This document shows, one piece after another, positions 8,579 to 16,727 of a stretch of 64,000 bases of DNA. The position numbers and the translations under genes are program-made. The stretch spans positions 26,153 through 90,152 of the forward strand of contig CAZXFD010000002.1 of NCBI GenBank assembly GCA_964640635.1, written 5' to 3'. Source of the DNA: an uncultured Gammaproteobacteria bacterium (GTDB lineage Bacteria; Patescibacteriota; Patescibacteriia; UBA1558; S5-K13). The notes under the pieces were generated by a model that saw only the letters and a program-made list of their open reading frames with translations, was not told the DNA's origin and ran no database searches. Each line of letters opens with the position of its first letter. Positions within the stretch are counted from its first letter, which is position 1.

Positions 8579-9699
8579 AAATTACTTTCTAATTTTTTAT
8601 AAATACCTTCCCACAAAAAACTATTTACTATTCTTTTATATGCATTTTCTCCTAATTCATTTCTAAATATAGGGTCATTCAATAAATACAAAATAGCATT
8701 CATTGCCTCTTCTTGATTATTTTCATCTATCAAAATCCCTGTCTTTCCATCTACAACAGCTTCAGCTCCTCCGCCAACCCTTGAAGCAATGCATGCTTTT
8801 TTAAATATACCAGCTTCAAGGTACACTATTCCAAAACCCTCTACATCTTCTTTACTTGTGCGACTTATCATTGCAAAAATATCTGATATAGCATAAAAAT
8901 ATGGAAGGTCTTCATCAACGACATTATCTAAAAATAAAATATTCTTTTCTAAATTTAAATCTTTTGCTTTTTGTTGCAAATATTGTAAATTTTCTCCACA
9001 CCCTATTATTAAATAAACCAAATCTTCTATATCTTTGTGGCGTCTTATCAAATTAATTGCATCAATAATAAGTTCATGATTTTTTCTTTTTACAACTCTG
9101 CCTACAGATAAGATGATTTTTTTATTTTTCAAATTATATTTATTTATAAGATTTTCTTTTTTGATTTCATCAATACGAAAAAAATCTTGACTAATACCTG
9201 GATAAAGTAATACTATTTTTTTAATTCGACCGGATAACTGGGTGAATCTATTCACCAATTCTAATGTTGTTTGACTATTTACAGTAATAAACTCTGCGTT
9301 TTGTAAAATTATTTTTGTAAGCACTTTTTTTCTACTACTGCTAGATGCTAACTTTATATCTAATCCATGAAGTGATACAAAATATGGAACTCTAAAAAAT
9401 ATTTTTAGTAAAAATGCACAAAAACCCAGTGGCAAAATATTGCCCACCCAAACTATTTCTATTTTTTCTTTTTTTGCTGTTTTTATAAGCTCAAAAAAAG
9501 ATTTAAGCCATTTTGGCCAAATAAATCTATATAATAGTTTTTTATATATAATCTTAAAACCTACCCCTCCACTTGGTTTTATATTAGACAAAACAACTAT
9601 TTTGTCTTTTGGGAACAACCTTGCTAGATTATAATAATAATTGCTTACTCCGCCTATATTTGGCCAGAAATCTAGGCTAATGAGAAGAGTTTTCTTCAT
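8575..9699 (-). CDS. Glycosyltransferase family 4
   Basis: EGFGIVYLEA (EX7E motif), GKTGIL, and an N-terminal DFWPNIGGVS like the GT4 N-domain. Confidence 0.8.
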   Translation of the reverse strand: MKKTLLISLDFWPNIGGVSNYYYNLARLFPKDKIVVLSNIKPSGGVGFKIIYKKLLYRFIWPKWLKSFFELIKTAKKEKIEIVWVGNILPLGFCAFLLKIFFRVPYFVSLHGLDIKLASSSSRKKVLTKIILQNAEFITVNSQTTLELVNRFTQLSGRIKKIVLLYPGISQDFFRIDEIKKENLINKYNLKNKKIILSVGRVVKRKNHELIIDAINLIRRHKDIEDLVYLIIGCGENLQYLQQKAKDLNLEKNILFLDNVVDEDLPYFYAISDIFAMISRTSKEDVEGFGIVYLEAGIFKKACIASRVGGGAEAVVDGKTGILIDENNQEEAMNAILYLLNDPIFRNELGENAYKRIVNSFLWEGIYKKLESNL

Positions 9700-9762
9700 T
9701 TGTATTAAAAAATTCTTTGTTAAAGACCTTTTTATTATATCATACCAAAAATCTTTCAGCTA

Positions 9763-9791
9763 TTGACAAATTATTTTTTTATTGTTAATAT
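9763..9791 (+). promoter_or_regulatory. Sigma70-like promoter (TTGACA, 17 nt, TAATAT) driving a non-coding transcript
   Basis: -35 at 9763-9768 and -10 at 9786-9791. No ORF with an RBS lies downstream before the terminator at 9999-10030. Confidence 0.4.
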
Positions 9792-9797
9792 GCATAT

Positions 9798-10030
9798 TAA
9801 TTAAGGTTCTTCCTCCTCCTTATTCTTAATTAGAGCCTAAATTAAAACAGGTCTTAGAACAAAAGGCCCAAAAGGCTGGGTATTGTCTATGACCGAGAGA
9901 AGCAACCAAGCTAAAATTTGCTGATATTGCGTTATTTTAATGCGATTAAAGCAATTTATGCTCAACCTCCTCCTTACTGCTTCGGCAACTTCTCGCGTGG
10001 GGTTCTAAATTAGAACCCCATTTTTTATTT
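9798..10030 (+). ncRNA. Candidate ~230-nt small RNA, promoter-to-terminator, with two CCUCCUCC(UU) anti-Shine-Dalgarno-like motifs
   Basis: The GC content is above the local background. There is no ORF longer than 22 codons and no RBS. CCUCCUCC occurs at 9812-9820 and 9967-9975. The transcript ends in a strong intrinsic terminator. Confidence 0.3.
9999..10030 (+). terminator. Strong intrinsic terminator (GGGGTTCTA-aat-TAGAACCCC then ATTTTTTATTT)
   Basis: Perfect 9-bp stem, 3-nt loop and a T-run. Confidence 0.7.
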
Positions 10031-10068
10031 GAAAAAATCTCGCGCATAAAGCGAGCTTTATACTTTTA

Positions 10069-10077
10069 TGATATAAT
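10069..10077 (+). promoter_or_regulatory. Extended -10 promoter element TGATATAAT only 6 nt upstream of the ATG (leaderless or near-leaderless mRNA)
   Basis: TGnTATAAT at 10069-10077 with the ATG at 10084. There is no room for an SD. A ctcgcgcataaagcgagc hairpin lies at the -35 position. Confidence 0.35.
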
Positions 10078-10083
10078 ATATAT

Positions 10084-11103
10084 ATGCAAAAAGCTTTATT
10101 ATACAAGAAAATAAAAAGTGGCGCTGTCCAATGTAGATTGTGCAATCATTTTTGTAAAATAGAAAATGCTTGTCTTGGTTTTTGTTGTACAAGAAAAAAT
10201 ATAGATGGTGACTTATATGTTCTCAATTACAACAAATTAATAGCAAAAAATGTCGACCCTATTGAAAAAAAACCACTCTTTCATTACATGCCATCTTCTC
10301 TTACTTATTCAATAGCTTGTATGGGTTGTAATTTAGCATGTTCCAATTGTCAAAACTGGCAAATATCACAAATAAATAAAATTGAAAAGCTTGATGAAGA
10401 ATTTCCAGGGGAAAATATTGAACCGTGTGATATTATTAATCTTGCAAAAAAAGAAAATTGCCCAACAATAGCATACACTTACAGCGAACCAACCATTTTT
10501 TTAGAAACAGCACTACCCATAATGAAGCTTGCACATACCAGTGGCCTCAAAAATATATGGGTTTCAAATGGATTTATGAGTAAAGAATGTCTTGATCTTA
10601 TATGTCCATATTTAGATGCCATAAATATAGATCTCAAATTTTTTAGTGAAGCAAAATACAAAAAAATAACAAACGCATCTTTGAAGCCAATACTAGATAA
10701 TCTAAAATATTTAAAATCAAAAAAAATATTTATAGAAATAACAACACTTCTTATTCCTGGAGAGACAAATACAAACAAACAATTGGAAAAAATAGCAAAA
10801 TTCATATACACAAATATTGGAAAAAATACCCCTTGGCACATATCCGCCTTTTCTCCAGAAATATCATTCAAACTACTTTCTAAAAAATCTAGTTCCATGA
10901 AAGAATTAGAATCCGCTTACCAAATAGGAAAAAATGCCGGATTAGAATTTGTATATCTTGGAAATATAGCCTCTGATACAAGAGAAAATACATATTGTCC
11001 CGCATGTGGATTTTTAAATATAGAAAGACAAGGATACATTATAACACGAGATGACAATAGTGGGCTTTGTCAAAACTGTAAATATAATTTAAACATCATA
11101 TAA
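10084..11103 (+). CDS. AmmeMemoRadiSam-system radical SAM enzyme
   Basis: VQCRLCNHFCKI...GFC N-terminal Cys motif, DPIEKKPLFHYMP, and a GCNLACSNCQNWQIS radical-SAM CxxxCxxC cluster. Together these match the family signature closely. Confidence 0.8.
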   Translation: MQKALLYKKIKSGAVQCRLCNHFCKIENACLGFCCTRKNIDGDLYVLNYNKLIAKNVDPIEKKPLFHYMPSSLTYSIACMGCNLACSNCQNWQISQINKIEKLDEEFPGENIEPCDIINLAKKENCPTIAYTYSEPTIFLETALPIMKLAHTSGLKNIWVSNGFMSKECLDLICPYLDAINIDLKFFSEAKYKKITNASLKPILDNLKYLKSKKIFIEITTLLIPGETNTNKQLEKIAKFIYTNIGKNTPWHISAFSPEISFKLLSKKSSSMKELESAYQIGKNAGLEFVYLGNIASDTRENTYCPACGFLNIERQGYIITRDDNSGLCQNCKYNLNII

Positions 11104-12530
11104 TGAAAAAAACGTTTATAATATCAATAGCAATTTTATCTATTTTTTTTGTAAAAAGTGCAAACTCGCAATGGTTTGATCCAGACTTTAATCCAAACTA
11201 TATTATATCCGACTTTGAACTTACGGATTATTCTTCCATGAGTATAAATGACATAAGATATTTCTTAAATCAAAATAATGGAATCCTAAAAAAATACACT
11301 GTTAAAAATCCGTCAAATGGGAAAACTATTGATGCTGCTGAAGTAATTTATAATGCATCAAAAGCATACAAAATAAACCCAAAATATATACTAGTATTAC
11401 TACAAAAAGAACAAAGTCTCATAACAGATCCAAGCCCAACACAAAAACAACTCGACTGGGCAACTGGATATGCTGTCTGTGATTCTTGTCTTATGACAGA
11501 TAATGAAATACAAAAATACAAAGGATTTTATAATCAAGTTACAAACGCTGCAAAAAGAAATAGATTTTATATAGACAACAAAAATACTCCTTGGTTTTTC
11601 CAAGCACAAAGCTATTACTCAATAGACGGACAAAGTGTTTCTCCTATAAACCAAGCTACAGCAAGTTTATATAATTATACCCCACATATAAATGGTAATT
11701 ATAATTTTTGGAAAATATGGCAAAAATGGTTTGCAAAAAAATACCCAAACGGATCCATAATCAAGGAAAATGGATCTCAAACAATCTGGCTTATAGAAGA
11801 TGATAAAAAAAGACCCTTTACAACATGGACATCTTTTATAAGTAGATACAAAAAAAACGATGTAATCAATGCAAATCATAGCGATCTTGCACAATATCCA
11901 ATAGGAATATCAATAAATTTTGAAAATTATTCATATCTTAGAACGCCCGATAAAAAAATTTACATGCTCGATAATGACAAGCTTCGAGAATTTGAATCAA
12001 GTGAAGTAAGTCGTTACTTTGGGATAAATCCTGAGGAGTTAATAGACATAACCTGGGAAGATTTCTATTATTATAGTCTTGGTGATAAAATTACTATGAA
12101 AAGCACGTATCCTAGCGGAGCCGTTATAGAAAATAAAGATGACAAAAAATTATATTATGTTAAAAATGGTTATAAGCACGAAATACAAGACAAAAGAATA
12201 TTAGAAACAAACTTCTCAAATCAATTCAAGTTAATATTAAGTAAAGATGAGGTAAATAATCTAGAAAATGCAGAACCCATAAAATTCAAAGACGGAACAC
12301 TAATCAAATCAAATATGGGTAATATAGTATTTATGGTCTCTGAAGGAAAAATCAAACCCATTAAAAACGAAAATAGTTTCAATGGACTTGGATATAAATG
12401 GACAAATATAATATCAGTTAGTGATAATCTATTAAAACAATATGAAGTCGGAGAAACAATAGAAATAAAAATAGAAGAGATAAAACCAGAAGATTTACTT
12501 CCTGAGACTAAAACAGAAAAACCATTATGA
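11103..12530 (+). CDS. Secreted hypothetical protein (signal peptide; weak lytic-transglycosylase-like LLQKEQS motif)
   Basis: The MKKTFIISIAILSIFFVKSANS signal peptide. The ATG overlaps the upstream stop (TAATG) and the downstream ATGA overlap indicates translational coupling. No AMMECR1 RGCIG motif is present. Confidence 0.6.
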   Translation: MKKTFIISIAILSIFFVKSANSQWFDPDFNPNYIISDFELTDYSSMSINDIRYFLNQNNGILKKYTVKNPSNGKTIDAAEVIYNASKAYKINPKYILVLLQKEQSLITDPSPTQKQLDWATGYAVCDSCLMTDNEIQKYKGFYNQVTNAAKRNRFYIDNKNTPWFFQAQSYYSIDGQSVSPINQATASLYNYTPHINGNYNFWKIWQKWFAKKYPNGSIIKENGSQTIWLIEDDKKRPFTTWTSFISRYKKNDVINANHSDLAQYPIGISINFENYSYLRTPDKKIYMLDNDKLREFESSEVSRYFGINPEELIDITWEDFYYYSLGDKITMKSTYPSGAVIENKDDKKLYYVKNGYKHEIQDKRILETNFSNQFKLILSKDEVNNLENAEPIKFKDGTLIKSNMGNIVFMVSEGKIKPIKNENSFNGLGYKWTNIISVSDNLLKQYEVGETIEIKIEEIKPEDLLPETKTEKPL

Positions 12531-13336
12531 CAAAAATTAAAACAATATTAATACCACATAACCCACTTGTTATTTCAAAAATTGGAGGTAAGTATTCCGA
12601 CACATTGAAATCCTCTATGGATGCAATGAAAAAAATTAGACAATCCATATATGAATTCAAACCAAAAAAAATAATTATAATAACTCCCCCAATAAAAGAT
12701 TTACAAAAAATATCAATACACCAAAAAGAAAAATATCATATTAATCTTAAAGATTTTGGTGATTTATCTATGGAGTTTGAAGTAAGTGGAGATATGGATT
12801 ATTCCACAAGACTAAAATATTTCTTAAGAAAAAATAATTTTGATGTCAATATGTTCTCTGGTGAAAAAACATATTATCAAAGCTTTGTACCATTGTATTA
12901 CTTGAATCAATTTCATATATCCTCAAAAGGCTTTGAAAATGAACTCAAAAAAGATGAAACTCTCAAGTCTGAATTTATAATAATCCACAGTTCAAATGAC
13001 ACAATAGATTATCATCTAAAATTTGGCAATTTGCTTTATGAATTCTTAAGAGACACAAAAGACAATATTTTAATTATAGCTTGCGGTGATTTCGCAAAAA
13101 AATCAGCACACGAGGAAAATGAAGATCTACCCAAATTAAGCTACAAACTTATAGACCTCATAAAATCAAAAAGCTTTGATGAAATCCTAAACATGAAAGA
13201 AGAATTAAAAAATGGCTATCCGTGGATAAAACCATTTGCTTCTATACTTCATTTTATAAACAAAAGCAAACGAAAACCCGTTATTTTATCTCTAGACAAA
13301 GAATTTCAAGAAATGTATATAACTATAGAGTTTTAA
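12527..13336 (+). CDS. Memo-like (AmmeMemoRadiSam protein B-like) protein, apparently degenerate
   Basis: IPHNPLVISKIGG resembles the vPHAGyvYSG block, KKIIIITPP resembles vvilGPsH, and FIIIHSSNDTIDYH resembles vvSSDlSHy. Several presumed metal ligands are substituted. Confidence 0.45.
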   Translation: MTKIKTILIPHNPLVISKIGGKYSDTLKSSMDAMKKIRQSIYEFKPKKIIIITPPIKDLQKISIHQKEKYHINLKDFGDLSMEFEVSGDMDYSTRLKYFLRKNNFDVNMFSGEKTYYQSFVPLYYLNQFHISSKGFENELKKDETLKSEFIIIHSSNDTIDYHLKFGNLLYEFLRDTKDNILIIACGDFAKKSAHEENEDLPKLSYKLIDLIKSKSFDEILNMKEELKNGYPWIKPFASILHFINKSKRKPVILSLDKEFQEMYITIEF

Positions 13337-14186
13337 GTTTTTTTGAAGAAGGGCAATTAGGAGGAAAAACTTTTCCTCTATTTTTTTTGATATAATAAAG
13401 CCAGCTTTTTATATGCGCTCTTGTAAGCTTATTAAACAAAATTGAAAACAATACATTTGTTTTGTTTTTTGAAGCTTGTTGATGCAAATGAATAGCGCAA
13501 ACACCACCCAAATAATACACCGAATATCCAGATTCCCACATTCTTCTGCAAACATCTATATCCTCTAAATACAAAAATATTCCTTCATCAAAATAATTGA
13601 TGTTTTCATAATTCTTTTTTCTTGTCATATAGCATGATCCCATGACCCAATCCACTTCTTGAATAGACTCATGATTTACATCTCTCATCAAAAAATTATC
13701 TAACCATTTTTTGCCTACATTTGTTTTTGATAAAATAGTTCTTCTAAATAAAGGGTAAAAAATATTTGGAAATCTAAAACATGTTTCTTGAAGTGTAGAA
13801 TCTCCATTCGTAAGTCGCGGAGCAACAATCCCGACCTTATCATGATTTTTCAAAAAATTATACATATACTCAATAGTCTCTTTTGATATCCTAATATCTG
13901 GATTTAAAATCAAAATATACTCACCCTTGGCTTGTTTTATGGCTACATTATTACCAGCACCACAACCCTTATTTACTCCTGTTTGAATAAATTTCACCCC
14001 TTCAAACTCCTTCATTACGATGTCTATATTGTCATGGGAGTTATTATCTACAACAATAATTTCTACATCAAAATAAAAGCTATAAGTAACCAATTTTCTT
14101 AATTGATACTTTATCAGATTTGCTAACTTGTAATTTAATATTATGATTGACAACATATATTTAATGAAGAAGTACAAAGTTATCAA
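13323..14186 (-). CDS. Glycosyltransferase family 2
   Basis: VEIIVVDNNSHD, a GxGxGNN segment and a YLEDID (DxD-like) motif. The N-terminal extension is atypical, so the true start may be internal. It overlaps the convergent + strand gene by 14 nt. Confidence 0.75.
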   Translation of the reverse strand: MITLYFFIKYMLSIIILNYKLANLIKYQLRKLVTYSFYFDVEIIVVDNNSHDNIDIVMKEFEGVKFIQTGVNKGCGAGNNVAIKQAKGEYILILNPDIRISKETIEYMYNFLKNHDKVGIVAPRLTNGDSTLQETCFRFPNIFYPLFRRTILSKTNVGKKWLDNFLMRDVNHESIQEVDWVMGSCYMTRKKNYENINYFDEGIFLYLEDIDVCRRMWESGYSVYYLGGVCAIHLHQQASKNKTNVLFSILFNKLTRAHIKSWLYYIKKNRGKVFPPNCPSSKKLKTL

Positions 14187-14230
14187 GTAAGAATTTTATT
14201 CCTTAAAACTTTATACTTTAAACTTTTTAC

Positions 14231-15247
14231 TTATTTATACCATTTATAAAGCTCTCTGCTTCTAATCTTCACGATATTTTTGAAAATAAACTTTCTTTTT
14301 TTAAACATTTTTTTATATTTATCATGACTTTTCCAAAAAAATTTTAGCGTGCTTCTTTCAAAAAGCAATACATAAATAAACTTTTTAAACTCATAGATAA
14401 ACAATGGGAAAAAACATCTAATAAAATTCATTGTAGACTCATTTTTAATAAGCAAATAAATATGATTTCTATAAGAATACTCATTTACCCAAGATGACTT
14501 GTTTTTTCTATTCTCTACCACACTCAAACCCCCACGAACAGATCTATCATGATAACAAATCATATCTGCTAAAAAATAGCTCTTGAATCCTGCTAAACGC
14601 AATCTAAATGCCAAATCAACATCTTCTTTATAGCTAAAAAAATCTTCATCAAAATATTCATTATTAATCTTAACATCTTCTAGTGCTTTTTTTGCATATA
14701 TGGGGCAAGCACCACATGGACCAAATATTTCTCTAGTTCTTGAAAATTCAACAGAATCCTCTTTCAATTGACCAAAATCTACAACCTTATGATTCTTAAA
14801 AACTTCAAAGCCACATGTATCTATAATATTTGTTTTTCCTTGCTTATCTGCATTGTATGGATCTTCATTATTGAACTTCCACTGATATAGTTTTGGCTCT
14901 ATTGATCCAATAGAATCCTTATCTTCTTGATTATCTATGAAATAAAATAGATTATCTAAAAAATCAGACTCAATAATCATATCTTGATTGAGGCACATTA
15001 TATAATCCGACTTTGCCCAATTCATTAATCTATTATGGGCTTTTGCAAAGCCAATATTTTCTTTATTTATAATTACTTTAAATTGAGGAAAATATTTATT
15101 TATCACAGCTACCGTATTATCATTTGAGCCATTATCCATTATGTTGAGCTCAAAATCTTTAAAATTTTGCTTTAAAACAGAATTAATACAGTGTTTAATG
15201 TATTTTTCTCCGTTCCATGTAACTAAATTTATACTTATTCTAGACAT
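14231..15247 (-). CDS. Glycosyltransferase family 2 (rhamnosyltransferase-like)
   Basis: ISINLVTWNGEKYI...DNGSNDNT N-terminal GT2 signature and an internal DxD-type region. Confidence 0.8.
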   Translation of the reverse strand: MSRISINLVTWNGEKYIKHCINSVLKQNFKDFELNIMDNGSNDNTVAVINKYFPQFKVIINKENIGFAKAHNRLMNWAKSDYIMCLNQDMIIESDFLDNLFYFIDNQEDKDSIGSIEPKLYQWKFNNEDPYNADKQGKTNIIDTCGFEVFKNHKVVDFGQLKEDSVEFSRTREIFGPCGACPIYAKKALEDVKINNEYFDEDFFSYKEDVDLAFRLRLAGFKSYFLADMICYHDRSVRGGLSVVENRKNKSSWVNEYSYRNHIYLLIKNESTMNFIRCFFPLFIYEFKKFIYVLLFERSTLKFFWKSHDKYKKMFKKRKFIFKNIVKIRSRELYKWYK

Positions 15248-15251
15248 TATT

Positions 15252-16724
15252 TTAGCTTGCAGCTGTCAGCTCTCGACCTTCAGCTAATTCGATTATACAA
15301 ATTATTAAAATCACAAAACCAATTCCTAGTGGATGATCTAAGTAAGGTGAAAAAATGTGAACCGCCAAAACGGCTAAAAAAGAAAGTAATAATGAAATAA
15401 AAATTACATTATTAGTCCTTATCAATCTAACAGAATCTCGCATTATTTTCAAGCTCAGAGAAATATAAAATATAAGCCCAAAAATACCCATTTTAAGCCA
15501 AAAGCTAAGCCATCCCCATTCAAAACTATATGTTGTTGTAAGTCCTGTTGGGTTGAAAACATTTTTATTTCTTGGGTCAAGGGAATAATAACTAATTTCA
15601 TGACCCATGCCGTATCCAATTATTGGAGAATTTTTTATATCCCTTAGCATGGGGTGCAATAATTCCATTCTTGAGTTACTACTAGAGTCTCCTTCACTTA
15701 CACGACCAGAGAGCATATCTGCAAAATTAATATGAGTATTTGGAATTTTCAGTAATATAAAAATTAATAATATTGAAAGAACAATAACCCCAAACAATTT
15801 TATATAATTTAAAAAAATTATTTTTATCTTTTGTTTTTGAAAAACTAGAATAAAAAATAAAAAAATAAATGCAATCACGACTCCAAGCCAATAACTACGA
15901 GAAAAACTAACAATAATTGCTGACAAATTTAATATCGATAAAGTATAAAAAAATATTTTATCTTTCTTTTGTAATTTAGAGGTCATTAAAACGACTGAAC
16001 TAATTACAAATGAAATCATTAAATATATTTGACTCTGAAAAAATATTCTATAAAAATGTTCATTCATCTTTGTAATCTCCCCCACCCTTGTATCTCTAAG
16101 CCATTTGTACAAAGTTGTATAGTCTATAAAACTAAATTGTTGAGAGAATAAATAAAATACAATAATTGTCTTTAGTGAAAAGAAAAGTGATGCGGAAAGA
16201 AATATATAAAACAAATTTGCGAAAACTTTCTTATCTTTTATAATTTGATAATAAATTGGCAGTATCAAAAAGAATAAAAAGTTATTAATATCAAAAAATA
16301 TGTTTGAGGGTTTTGTTTTGTTAAGCAGTGCTATTAAAACACCAAATACTAAAACTAAAATATAAACAACATAAAACCATATATACTTACTTTTTATAAA
16401 GTCTAACTTATTTTTTTTATATAAATAAATAAGTCCGGCTATAAAGGCAATTATAAAAATAAGCATTCTAAGAGACAATGAAAAACCAAACATATCAACA
16501 CTTATCAATCGTCCCTGAGATCCCACAAAAAGCTCTATAAAGCTTAAATATACCGCCCATTTAATATCTCTCGCTATTAAATATATAATACTTAATGCAA
16601 TTAATATAAAAGCAATAATTCCAAAAACATAAAATTGATGCGCAAAGAAAAATACTGAGTCCATTATTATAAGACCCAGAAATGTGATACGGAAATAATT
16701 GTTTTTTAAAATGTTAAAACTCAT
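15252..16724 (-). CDS. Polytopic membrane protein, O-antigen ligase / Wzy_C-like (could be a polymerase, ligase or O-oligosaccharyltransferase)
   Basis: About 11-12 predicted TM helices with a large loop containing NxxxG and H motifs, consistent with the Wzy_C family. Confidence 0.5.
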   Translation of the reverse strand: MSFNILKNNYFRITFLGLIIMDSVFFFAHQFYVFGIIAFILIALSIIYLIARDIKWAVYLSFIELFVGSQGRLISVDMFGFSLSLRMLIFIIAFIAGLIYLYKKNKLDFIKSKYIWFYVVYILVLVFGVLIALLNKTKPSNIFFDINNFLFFLILPIYYQIIKDKKVFANLFYIFLSASLFFSLKTIIVFYLFSQQFSFIDYTTLYKWLRDTRVGEITKMNEHFYRIFFQSQIYLMISFVISSVVLMTSKLQKKDKIFFYTLSILNLSAIIVSFSRSYWLGVVIAFIFLFFILVFQKQKIKIIFLNYIKLFGVIVLSILLIFILLKIPNTHINFADMLSGRVSEGDSSSNSRMELLHPMLRDIKNSPIIGYGMGHEISYYSLDPRNKNVFNPTGLTTTYSFEWGWLSFWLKMGIFGLIFYISLSLKIMRDSVRLIRTNNVIFISLLLSFLAVLAVHIFSPYLDHPLGIGFVILIICIIELAEGRELTAAS

Positions 16725-16727
16725 TTA

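Noticed and set aside
9790-10035. Known structured RNAs (RNase P RNA, SRP RNA, tmRNA, 6S) in the GC-rich intergenic region
   Set aside because: The interval is too short for RNase P or tmRNA. No GGAA..AGCAGCC SRP helix-8 motif, tmRNA tag frame or CCA end was found. I kept it as an unclassified sRNA candidate pending an Rfam scan.
10030-10084. SAM riboswitch or other cis-regulatory leader upstream of the radical SAM gene
   Set aside because: The space between the terminator and the ATG is about 50 nt and the predicted TSS coincides with the ATG. There is no room for a riboswitch and no SAM-I/II consensus was seen.
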